Assembly (NCBI RefSeq): GCF_035594765.1
Contig: NC_085845.1
Span: 17,168,024-17,232,023, forward strand
Source of the DNA: Anolis carolinensis
Taxonomy: Eukaryota
Direction of reading: 5' to 3'
DNA: 64,000 nucleotides
The position numbers and the translations under genes were made by a program. Below, one piece after another: positions 37,601 to 48,538 of the stretch; within the stretch, counting starts at the first letter, position 1, and each line of letters starts with the position of its first letter. A model generated the notes under the pieces. The model did no database searches. It was not told the DNA's origin and was given only the letters and a program-made list of their open reading frames with translations.

Positions 37601-38412
37601 TTGATGAACACAAGGAAAGGGTGATGTGAACACTTGACCAATCCAAATCAAACTCAATTCAGATGGCTCTGAAGCTGTGGTATATTCTGGAGTTTCAGTC
37701 AAATTCTAGAGTTTCCCTGAAGTTGATTTAACACAGGGTGACCTACAATACTCACAGGAAGTACAGGAATGTCATGAGGACAGCCAAGAGCCAATTCAGC
37801 GTAAGTGCAGGTTTTCATATAAGAATACCCTGCCAAGTTACAAACTTTTCTTTAACAAGTCAATTGGGAGACTTTTCTTGTTACAGGATATGGAAAAAAT
37901 ATGGTGGGACATACAGTTTTTTTCATTGCTGGTGCTAAAAAAGAAAAGATGCAAAAAGAATTTATTTAGCAGAGATACTTGTTTAGTGTGCAAAGAGTAA
38001 CTTTAGATGCAGAGATTGATTTGGTCACATGTATATATTTAATAATCCACTTATCTCTCAGGAGAGTTACAATGTGCATTAAAATGAAATCCAACTAATA
38101 CATGGAACATCACTAATTGTATCAACATCCTTTAAAATGATATTTGGAGTTTATAAACCTTCCCATTTAACACACATACACACACATATATAGTTGGATT
38201 ATACTGTATATTTTGCAAAAGCCTTTGAATAAGGGAAGAATTAGGCTTACCAATTGGGTATGTGCTCTTTCCAGTGTTGATTGTATAAGAACTAGGAAAA
38301 ATGTGCAGTGTTTATTAAGCTGTGATGACATACTTTGCTCTCTCTAGCTGAATCTACATGGAGCAGAAAATGCAGCTTAGCCCTGATTTCAAAACTCACT
38401 GGGCACAAAACA

Positions 38413-38738
38413 AGGAGCCCCCAGTGGCGCAGCATGTTAAAGTGCTGAGCTACTGAACTTGCAGACTGAAAGGTCACAGGTTTGAATGTGGGAAGCAGAG
38501 TGAGCACCTGCTGTTAGCCCCAGCTTCTGCCAACCTAGCAGTTTGAAAACATGCAAATGTGAGTAGATCAATAGGTACCAGTCCGGCAGGAAGGTAATGG
38601 CGCTTCATGCAGTCATGTTGGCCGCATGACCTTGGAGGAGTCTATGGACAATGCCGGCTCTTTGGCTTAGAAATGAGCACCAACCCCCAGAGTCGGACAC
38701 GACTGGACTTAATGTCAGGGGAAAACCTTTACCTTTAC
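38413..38738 (+). mobile_element. Sauria SINE, full length
   Basis: GGAGCCCCCAGTGGCGCAG head and ACCTTTACCTTTAC tail; TSD CTGGGCA(C/T)A(A/C)AACA. Confidence 0.93.
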
Positions 38739-39109
38739 CTGGGCATACAACACTTCCTTCTTCCTGAAGCAGCAGCACCAGATCTGTTTACATAATGAGG
38801 GTTCAAATATATATGAAAGATAGCTCATTTTAAACCTCTTTCCTGAACTTTTTAAAAATGTCTTGTCATTCATCTTTGGAGTTGATATAAGGAATTGGGG
38901 CTGTCTCCAGAGACATAAACACATTGGGAAATATATGTGTGCGTGTGTGTGTGTAAATGTAAGGGGACAAAAAAAAACTTGATTATGGGGTGCTACTGAT
39001 CATGTTCTGTGTGAAGATCCCATGGAAGTGTCATGGGCATGCTTTTGTTGAAGCAAATGTGTCTCAAATAGTGTTTCACAATGATGAGGTCACTTCAGAC
39101 TAAACTTTC

Positions 39110-39470
39110 CAAGTGTGCTCCCAATGACATAGAATTGGTCAGAGAAGACTCCAATATTCATATGAAACCTATGATCAACAATAATACCAAAGTCCTGTTT
39201 GTATATAGCACCACCGAGCCATATATTGCCCCATCTTTTAAGTGTGTAGTTAGTTTATGTGCCCTAAATATAGAACAGTTCATTTGTCCCTGTTGAATTT
39301 CATTTTATTAATGTCAGTTGTATTTTCTAGTTTGTCCAGGTCCTTTTGAATTATCCTTCAATGTGTTAGCCATGACTCCCAGGTATTATTGGCAACATTG
39401 ATAAGGATTCCATCTATCTCATCATCTAAGTAATTGATACATATATTGAATAGCCCTAAGACTGAGTAGG
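39110..39470 (-). mobile_element. Degraded CR1 RT fragment
   Basis: Minus strand encodes remnants of GLFNICINYLDDE and IQKDLDKL..MKFNRDK..LYLG, matching CR1 RT. Confidence 0.7.
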
Positions 39471-40392
39471 ATGAATACCTCATCACACCATTTCAAGATG
39501 AACTTGCCTTTCTGCTTAGTTTGTGAGCCTTCCAGAAAGGCCTACAGTGGGACCTGCCCAGCATCTAATATCAATTTGGCTGGGTAGATTTGGCCAGTAA
39601 GCCATTATGCACCTGTAACTCCATTACACACCATTATACATGCTTCCTGAACTTGTTGACAAGGCTCCTCCTGGCAATTTACCTTCCTGTTTGTTGCCAT
39701 ACCCCCCCTCCCCCCCACACAAATGAACAATCTCCAATGGATTTGAAGATATGTAATGTTTTCTCATTTAAAGTCAGGGCAGAGAGTAGGATAGAGGGAG
39801 GGGAAGCTTTCATTTGTTTTTAAATGTGCGTGCCAGGCAGCAGCTAACCTGAGGGGATGCCTGGTACAGGCAGGGCACCACTTAAATTAATAGCACATGC
39901 CTCATTAGATGTCCTTCCTTGGCCTGAGTCATCTATAGGTGACAATGTTTCATTAACCTGCCTGTAAGATAATATGGCAGCCAGCTACCCTTGAGCACAC
40001 CTAGTTGCCCAGAGAAATGGATTCATAAAATAGATGCAGCAGGTTTGCTAGTAGAAGTAAATATTAGCTATATTTGGTTCAGCTGCATGACAGAATCATT
40101 TTAGAGTTCCAGTATTACCCAGAATTATTCTCCCTAGGGCAACAATGCAAAACATTTCATCCAACATCCAAGTTTTCAAGTATGTTGAAGGGGATTCAAA
40201 TCCCTTTCAAGTCTTTCAGGCATATATGGGGAACTTTGGCATTCATTATCCCTCACTATTAGGACTGATGGGCATTTAGAGTTCAGTATTGGAGAACCAT
40301 AAGGCCACTAGTTCTTCTATGTACATTCAGCATGAGACCAATAATGTCTCTTGCAACTATATAGACTATAGACATGTCTGCACTCACATATA

Positions 40393-40720
40393 GTAAAGGT
40401 AAAGGTTTCCCCTGGCGTTAAGTCCAGTTGTGTCCGACTCTGGGTTGGTGCTCATCTCCATTTCTAAGCCAAAGAGCCAGCATTGTCCATAGACACCTCC
40501 AAGGTCATGTGGCTGGCATGACTCCATGGAGCGCCATTACCTTCCCACCAGAGCGGTACCTATTGATCTACTCAAATTTGCATGTTTTTGAACTGCTAGG
40601 TTGGCAGAAGCTGAAGCTTACAGCGGGCGCTCACTCCGTTCCCCGGATTTGAACCTGGGGCCTTTCGGTTTGCAAGTTCAGCAGCTCAGCGCTTTAACAC
40701 ACTGTGCCACCGGAGGCTCC
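40393..40720 (-). mobile_element. Sauria SINE, full length
   Basis: Diagnostic body; TSD CACTCA(C/G)ATATA. Confidence 0.93.
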
Positions 40721-41718
40721 CACACTCAGATATATACCGATGTATTTAAAGATACATATACATACTATACTTGGCTCGACCTAAGCAATCCCAGGGTACA
40801 TCCTGCAACAATAATGCGTATAGCTGTCCTAATTTTGTATCTCATTCAAGAATTTGCTCCCCCTTCCCATCTCTACCTGAGCTCATGGAACCACCAATAA
40901 AGATGAGCTTGTTTTATTATTAATAATCTCGATTGACTCTGCTTATTTCTGACCTCCGCCGAAAAGGTGGAGCGAGCTGTCTGTTTTCTCCCATCTATTT
41001 TTTAGCACGATCAGATCTGAAAATGGGGGAAGCTGGTGCCTCCAGATCAACCAGCAACCAGTGAAACAAGCTCTTATGGCAGCCACACTTTGCTGAGCTA
41101 GAGGCAAAGCAGTAATTAACAATTCTGTTTTCTCCAGCGTTCCTCTTCTGCCATCTCTTCTTCAAAATGTTGAAGGTGAAGATTTACTCATCAGAATTTG
41201 CCAACCTCACTTCTGTCCTCTTGAAAAGCAGGCAGGTGGATTGGCATCCCTACTTCTTCTTTTGCAGAAGGTAAAGCTTCACCTACCCTTTCAGCAACGA
41301 AAGGGAGCCCGAACAAGCCGACGGCAGAGTCATGTCCTTGTCAGACTAAGCTCTGAAGAGGCTGTTCAGTGGCAAATACAAGCATTGAAGAAAACCGGTA
41401 TGATTTTAGGGCAGAGAGAGGGCACTGCTAGTTGCATTTGTGATTGTTTCTCAAAGCAATTAATGTGTATGAAAACTTGTAAATAGAAATCCAATTGAAA
41501 TTTGAGGAGCATCTTTGCTGGATAGATCTGGAGAGGGAGAATCTAACTATTCCCACTGCTTTATTCTCAGTGAAAATCCCCACTCCACTTCTTCTTTGGG
41601 AGTAAAGATAAATTCCTGATACAGTTAAACAGCATTTGTGTCTGAGAGTAAAATTTCTGCTGGTTCCACCAATGAAATAGGTATAAGCATTCTCTGGCAG
41701 ACAGCTCAGAAATGAGTA

Positions 41719-42389
41719 CAGTAAGATTCCTCACATCTGCAAGAAGTACGTTCCCAGCAGGACCACAATTCCCTGGAACCACGGATACAACTGAACAGCA
41801 TTAAATGAATTGTGGTTCCAGAATACCATAGGGTTGAGTTCAAGGATCTAGAGCCATAGTTCTCAATCTGTGGGCTGCGGTCTGTGAACATCTTTCCTCT
41901 TTATTTATTTTATTTTATTTTATTAATTTTACTTCTGCTCTTTTCCGCAGAGCTGAGCATTGCATTGGATAGACCACATCAGCTTTAGATTATTAAATAT
42001 AATTTTCTGTGGGTGAGCAGATGGCAACTACTGGATGGCATTTGTTCTGTTTCAGAAGCTAGAGCTGATGTGGTCTATCCAATGCAATTTTCTAAATTAG
42101 CACCACAAATAACTAAACCAAATCTAAAATTGATCAAAAACTGATTCGTAACCCTTTTGGTACTAATGTTGGAGAGTGATCCCTGATCAAGTGGTCCCTG
42201 GTCAAGTGGGCCCTGGTCAAAAGAAGGTTGGGAACCACTGATCTAGAGATTCCTAAAGAGGTATCCTCTCTAAGAATTTGCCAGGTCCTTTAGAACAACT
42301 CCATGGTAAATTTCGAGGGAGATAATTTTTCCCCAAGCTGGGTAAGTGAAAAAGCGGATTTGGGTTCCATGGTTATGGGAATCTTACTG
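41719..42389. mobile_element. Old Tc1/mariner (Tigger-like) MITE interrupted by a hAT element
   Basis: TIRs CAGTAAGATTCC / GGAATCTTACTG; TA on the left flank. Confidence 0.65.
41854..42240. mobile_element. hAT (Charlie-like) non-autonomous element
   Basis: Ends AGGTTGGGAACCACTG; TSD ATCTAGAG (41846-41853, 42241-42248). Confidence 0.85.
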
Positions 42390-42795
42390 AAACAACCATA
42401 TGCATTTTCCCCATCATGATATGTTTTGAACTGTTAATAGTCTTTGAAAGTGGTGCCGTTTTTGAAGGCTTGTACTCATCTTGAATAAAATTGCTACAAT
42501 TACTCCTGTCTTCCTTTCAAAATAAATTTAGTTAAGAATTAAATCCCTATTTGAAGGCTGATTGGGTATAAAGGGTCATTTAAACCCTGTTTGCAAGTTA
42601 GTTACTGCTTCAGCTGACTGTCCCAAAGTGTCTCCCAATGGAAGTCTACCTTCAAGTAGATTACTATTAATCTACTTAAATCTTGTCCACACTAATTAAA
42701 ACAATTTTGTCTGGCATCACATATTCCCTGTTCATAGTGAGCCATGCATTTTCCCTAGCAAACTCACTTGGATGCAAGGAGGCTTGCATCAGATA

Positions 42796-43138
42796 CAGTA
42801 GAGTCTCGTTTATCCAAGCTCCGCTTATCCAACATTCTGTATTATCCAACGCAGTTTGCCTTTTAGTAGTCAATGTTTTTGTAGTCAATTTTTCAATAAA
42901 TTGCAAAATTTTGGTGCTAAATTCATAAATAGAGTAATTATTACATAACCTTATTGTGTACTGAACTGCTTTTTCTATCCATTTGTTGTAAAGCATGATG
43001 TTTTGGTGATTAATTTGTAAAATCATAACATAATTTGATGTTTAATAGGCTTTTCCTTAATCCTTCCTTATTATCCAACATTTTCACTTATCCAGTGTTC
43101 TGCCAGCCCGTTTATGTTGGATGAGTGAGACTTTACTG
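42796..43138. mobile_element. Tc1/mariner (Tigger-like) MITE
   Basis: TIRs CAGTAGAGTCTC / GAGACTTTACTG; TA TSD. Confidence 0.9.
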
Positions 43139-43348
43139 TATATGTATTTCCATGTTAAGTGTAAGGGGTTACCCACATCTCCAATCATTCACATTATTTT
43201 GGTCACACTGTCATGGCCACTCCCCCCCTTTTTCCCCAGTCATGCATACAGATATATGTATTTCCATGTTAAGTGTAAGAGGCCAATCACCTTTCTTGTT
43301 TCTTACATTTACATTCCCATAGGACAGGATCATCACTAACTCTTCATG

Positions 43349-44598
43349 CAGGGCCGGCCGGAGATATTTTTTAATGGGAAGCGGGGGTGCTGAAAAGCGC
43401 CCCCGCCACCCGCGCCCTGGCCCCGCCCAGCGTGCCCTGGCCCCGCCTCCCACGCTGCGTGGGAGGCGGGGCCAGGGCGATTAGTGAGGGGGGGCGGGGC
43501 CACAGTTGGCCCCGCCCCCGCCCAGCGTGGCCATTTTGCCCTTAGTAACAAACTAAGGGCAAAAATGGCTTATCTGGCTGTGCGCATGCGCACAGCCAGA
43601 TAAGCCATTTTTGCCCTTAGTTTGTTACTAAGGGCAAAATGGCCTAGGTGTGCTGTGCGCACGCGCACAGCACACCTAGGCCATTCGGGCCTGACTTCCT
43701 GGTCGCGGCCGGCGACCGCCCGGGCGATCGCCGGCCGCGACCAGGAAGTCAGGCCCGAATGGGCTATCTGCGCTGTGCCCGTGCGCACAGCGCAGATAGC
43801 CCATTCGGGCCTGACTTCCTGGTCGCGGCCGGCGATCGCCCGGGCGGTCGCCGGCCGCGACCAGGAAGTCAGGCCCGAATGCCCTAGCTGTGCTGTGCGC
43901 GTGCGCACAGCACAGCTAGGCCATTTTGCCCTTAGTAACAAACTAAGGGCAAAAATGGCTTCTCTGGCTGTGCGCATGCGCACAGCCAGAGAAGCCATTT
44001 TTGCCCTTAGTTTGTTACTAAGGGCAAAATGGCCTAGCTGTGCTGTGCGCACGCGCACAGCACAGCTAGGGCATTCGGGCCTGACTTCCTGGTCGCGGCC
44101 GGCGACCGCCCGGGCGATCGCCGGCCGCGACCAGGAAGTCAGGCCCGAATGGGCTATCTGCGCTGTGCGCACGGGCACAGCGCAGATAGCCCATTCGGGC
44201 CTGACTTCCTGGTCGCGGCCGGCGATCGCCCGGGCGGTCGCCGGCCGCGACCAGGAAGTCAGGCCCGAATGCCCTAGCTGTGCTGTGCGCGTGCGCACAG
44301 CACAGCTAGGCCATTTTGCCCTTAGTAACAAACTAAGGGCAAAAATGGCTTCTCTGGCATGCGCACAGCCAGAGAAGCCATTTTTGCCCTTAGTTTGTTA
44401 CTAAGGGCAAAATGGCCTAGCTGTGCTGTGCGCACGCGCACAGCACAGCTAGGGCATTCGGGCCTGACTTCCTGGTCGCGGCCGGCGACCGCCCGGGCGA
44501 TCGCCGGCCGCGACCAGGAAGTCAGGCCCGAATGGCGCCCCTAGCAGCCAGCGCCCGAGGCGGCCGCGTCCGCGGCCGCCTAGTAACAACCGGCCCTG
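43349..44598. mobile_element. GC/CpG-rich non-autonomous hAT element (Tip100/MER45-like termini) with a nested-palindrome interior
   Basis: TIRs CAGGGCCGG / CCGGCCCTG; perfect 8-bp TSD TCTTCATG (43341-43348, 44599-44606). Confidence 0.9.
43529..44534. repeat. Hierarchical inverted-repeat array, 390-bp period (about 2.6 units), containing a 590-bp perfect palindrome
   Basis: CCATTTTGCCCTTAG recurs at 43531, 43921 and 44311; 43682-43976 is the exact reverse complement of 43977-44271. Confidence 0.95.
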
Positions 44599-44815
44599 TC
44601 TTCATGCCAGCTCCACAGTAATGCTACTTCAGAGTCTGCTACACACCAAAAAAAAAAAATCCCTAAATTTTCCAGGCGTTTGCAAGGTAAAAAGGAAGGG
44701 CTTCCTTTGCATCTGATTAAAGCCCCTAGGTGTCAAAAATAATTGCTTTCCAAATAAAGCACCAAGAACATCACCTGTACAGATCACTACAGTTATGGGA
44801 TGAGAATGTTTTTGT

Positions 44816-45056
44816 GTTGTCGAAGGCTTTCATGGCTGGGATCACAGGGTTGTTGTATGTCTTTCGGGCTGTGTGGCCATGTTCCGGAAGCATTCTCTCC
44901 TGACGTTTCACCCACATCTATGGCAGGCATCCTCAGAGGTTGTGAGGTATCTATACCTCACAACCTCTGAGGATGCCTGCCATAGATGTGGGCGAAACGT
45001 CAGGAGAGAATGCTTCTGGAACATGGCCACACAGCCCGAAAGACATACAACAACCC
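44816..45056. mobile_element. Penelope-like insertion: inverted pLTR pair
   Basis: About 105-bp inverted arms centred near 44951 plus a ~30-bp extra tail on the left; TSD TGAGAATGTTTTTGT (44801-44815, 45057-45071). Confidence 0.9.
44964..45004 (+). ncRNA. Minimal type I hammerhead ribozyme motif of the Penelope pLTR
   Basis: CCT-CTGAGGA-T-GCCTGC(CATAGAT)GTGGGC-GAAAC-GTC-AGG: CUGANGA and GAAA cores, stem II, GUC cleavage triplet, stem I CCT/AGG. Confidence 0.75.
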
Positions 45057-45799
45057 TGAGAATGTTTTTGTCAGCTTAAATAAACCTTCATTTTCACCAT
45101 TGGGTGAAATCTCAGGCATTTTTGGAAATATCCCCCCTTCCCATCTTGTAGAATGTTGCTTTTTCCGAGAGCATATCCAGTTGAAACTCATTTAAATTGC
45201 TTCCATACAATGTCAAAGTAATGGTTATGTAATGTAGTTAGGGACATGATTTGGAACCTGGCATTTTCACTTGGAACAGCATCCTGAGACCATCTGGAGC
45301 TTGGCTTTCATTCCTCCACATTAGCTACTTTTCCTCCTCATTGGCTGCCCTGCCTTTCTCATCCCATTATGAAGTCCACTTGCACACAGAAAGACAGCTG
45401 TGAAGTTTGAAGAACAGTTAACGGGAAACATATTTCTGATTGCTGCTTTGTCTGGGTTTGCAGGTTGGCTAGCAACTGGCACTCCATATGGGAAGAATTG
45501 AAATGGTCTGAGTAGATTGAGAACTAATGGTAGTGTAAAATGAAATTTTCACACATGGTAATAATTCCCACCGTTTCCAAGGCTGGAAGGTGTTCTTTGT
45601 GTTGGAACACAAACTGAATCATTTGAGAGCTACAGAACTTTGTGCAATCTCTGTACATATTAGATGATCAATTTTGCCCTGGTGACAATTTGATAAATTT
45701 GGATGCCCATGCCAGCTTGTTTAATGTGCCCCCAGCTTTCCAGTTCTCACACTGAATCCAATCAGAACTTGGAAGTAATTTGTTACACATCACTACTTT

Positions 45800-45950
45800 G
45801 GTTTCTTCTACACTGCCATATAATCTAGTATCTGAGCCCAGATTATGTGCTTTGAACTGGATTATATGTCAGTGTGGACTCATATAATCCAAATCCAAAT
45901 CAGATAATCAGGAATCAGATACTGGATTATATGGCAGTGTAGATCCAGCA
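45800..45950. mobile_element. Harbinger-like MITE, diverged
   Basis: CTACACTGCCATATAATC...GATTATATGGCAGTGTAG inverted ends. Confidence 0.7.
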
Positions 45951-45997
45951 TTAGTTATAACTATTCATTTTCCCAATAATAATGACATAATTAAAAG

Positions 45998-46190
45998 TGC
46001 ATCTACACTGTAAAATTAATGCAGTTTGATGCCACTTCAATATCAATGGCTCGGTTCTATGAAGTCCTGAAGTTGGGTGAAGCCCAGAACTCTTTGGCAG
46101 AGAAGGCAAAAGGCCTTGTAAAACTACACCTCCCAGGATACCATGGCATTAAGCCATGGCAATTAAAGTGGTGTCAAATTGCATTAGTTC
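45998..46190. mobile_element. Palindromic MITE (family of 4788-4997)
   Basis: AATGCAGTTTGATGCCACTT / AAGTGGTGTCAAATTGCATT inverted arms. Confidence 0.7.
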
Positions 46191-48129
46191 TTCGGTTATT
46201 CTGCATTATTCTCTATGTGTGATGTATTGAGAGAACATTTCCCAACGTTTGTACAATTCAGTTCAGTTGCTTTTATAGGTCTGGAAGTGAGGAGAGGGGC
46301 TGTCTTCAGCCATAGGGTGGTGGAGGAAGAACACTATTTGGTTATTTCTCCAGATCTCATACATCTTGCATAAGTTCCTTCACAGCAGGGGGTTGGGCTG
46401 AATAGCCCTTGTGGTCTTTTCCATCTTTATGAGTCTGTTATAAAATACCATTTTGAACCATTTCAGGTTTCCTCTGAAATGTAAGGACATGTGCCTTGTA
46501 CTCTTGCTTTCATCACATGCATCTTGCTTAGCAATCTGTCTGAGCATAGATCTCAGATGTTTCAGCTGAAGGACTCAGGCTCAGTCAATAAAAAGCTGAA
46601 TGCAAAAACAGAACACAAACCTGTACTCTATTAAGTTGGGTGGGGGCTTTGAGAATCCCTTGCAACCATTCCTGCTTCTTTCTTTCTCTATGAACAGAGA
46701 TAAAATGTCCTATGCTATTATGTGAGCCTATGTAAGTTTCAATTCTGGTAAACTATTGTTAGTAATCTAAAGAGTTAGTCTTCAATCCCATTGATGGTGG
46801 TCATATGTGCCCAAAAGTCACCATAAGAGATAACATCTTGCCTCAGTGATTTCCTTCACTGAGATATGCCTAAATTGACATACTGAGTCCATCCATATTG
46901 GGTCAGTGATATGATGATATGCCCTAACCATCATCCTACTACTGTTTAGTTATGAATGGTTTGTCATTTATATGCCTTCTACTTAGAAGTAACTGTCCAA
47001 ACTCTGTCCATAAACTGCTCTAGACAAACCTAGCACAGCTCTTATGTTTGTGTCCTTTGAAAGATGTGTTGGGAGAGTTCCTTTTTTTACTGTGGGAAGA
47101 GCAAGCTTTTTCTTTCTAGTGCGTTTCTATGCTTGATATTAACCTAATCCCATTTTCTAGTTGACCAGTTCCATTGTCTGTAAATAACAACTATGGAAAT
47201 CCGAATGTTTGTGTCTTCCTGGGTCCATTGCTTCCACCGATGGATGTTTTGTTGGCCTTTGTTCATGTTTGCATTCTGCTTAAATTGGGTGTCAATTCCA
47301 GAGAGAAGTCAGGTTGCTTGTTGCCCTTAAGGCTAATTGGCCATTCATAGACAGTCGAAAGATATATCACATTTGCCTCCAAATTTTATTAGTGTCCTAC
47401 TGTTTGGTCTTTCTCTCTCTGGGGGCAAAAGCTATATGTCAATGCCTCTTGCTTTATATCTGGCCATTCCCCCAGTTTTAAAGAGTTGTGACTGGATACT
47501 TTATGTTGCACTTATTTTGTTGTTGTTGTCTGGTGTTCCATTGCATTAAAAATTTATGTCTGGGAGGAGAGCCAAAGACCTTTCCAATTAAAGCTTACCC
47601 TGGTGTAAATTTTAAACAGTAAAAAGACACTTCAGAAACTAGGCAGCCGAAGGACAGCTCCTTTTGTTACTTCCTGTGCTTTATGTTGTCCATTGGCCAG
47701 ATGAAAAATAGCACTCAAGATCTGCTGATTGCTTGTGATATGAACAACAATTATTCTTCTGTGTGTCTTTTTCAAACCTCAAATAACAAGAATCAAAAGA
47801 CAGAGGACCTGGGTGGTCTTACTTAGCAGCTGAATAAAGGGAGTGGGGGGTAAGGAGGACATTCAGGGTCATGCAGGACCAGAACAAATTGTAGGTTCAT
47901 GGACCAGGAGGCAAATAATAAATCAAAGTAGCTGTAGGAACACTGATTAAGCATAGTGCCGAAATCAAAGTTGAAGAGACCAGTTGTTAGGACAGCTAGT
48001 TTCCATCAGAACTAGTGAGAAATATCACAGTAACCCTTCTCCACTAGACCAGCACTCATTTTTTTCTTACTTGCTGCTTTCCTACAGAACAGGGGTGGGT
48101 ATAATTTGACAGTTTTAATATTTTTAATA

Positions 48130-48538
48130 CCCTGTTTCCCCTAAAATAAGACATCCTCAGAAAATAAGACCTAGTAGAGGTTTTGTTGAATTGCTAAATA
48201 TAAGACCTCCCCCGAAAGTAAGACCTAGCAAAGTATTTGTTTGGAAGCATGCCCAATGAACAGAACACCAGAGCATGCAGGATCGGTAAATGTACCCACC
48301 ATAGAGTGTTGTACATAGAAAAATTGGTAGTAATAAGAAATTCTTGGTAGGATTCATAGTTTGTCTGGTTATGATGACAACTACTGCACAGTATATAACA
48401 AATGTTCATTTTTTTGTTCAACAATAAATGTGAATTCTTCTTCATGGAAAATTAAGACATCCCCTGAAAATAAGACCTAGAGCATCTTTGGGAGCAAAAA
48501 TTAATATAAGACACTCTCTTATTTTCGGGGAACCATGG
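48130..48538. mobile_element. Tc1/mariner (pogo/Tc2-like) non-autonomous element
   Basis: TIRs CCCTGTTTCCCCTAAAATAAGA / TCTTATTTTCGGGGAACCATGG; TA TSD; subterminal AATAAGACC repeats. Confidence 0.85.

Noticed and set aside
38413-38500. tRNA genes at SINE heads
   Set aside because: Only box A/B-like remnants attached to SINE bodies; no intact cloverleaf.
43570-44404. The two longest ORFs (253 aa on -, 260 aa on +) with near-identical repetitive peptides
   Set aside because: They are mirror images produced by the GC-rich palindrome (starts 43622 + 44331 = 43976 + 43977), begin at non-ATG codons and show no protein-family features.
43529-44534. CRISPR-like array
   Set aside because: There are no unique spacers, all modules recur, there are no cas genes, and the context is eukaryotic with hAT TIRs and a TSD.
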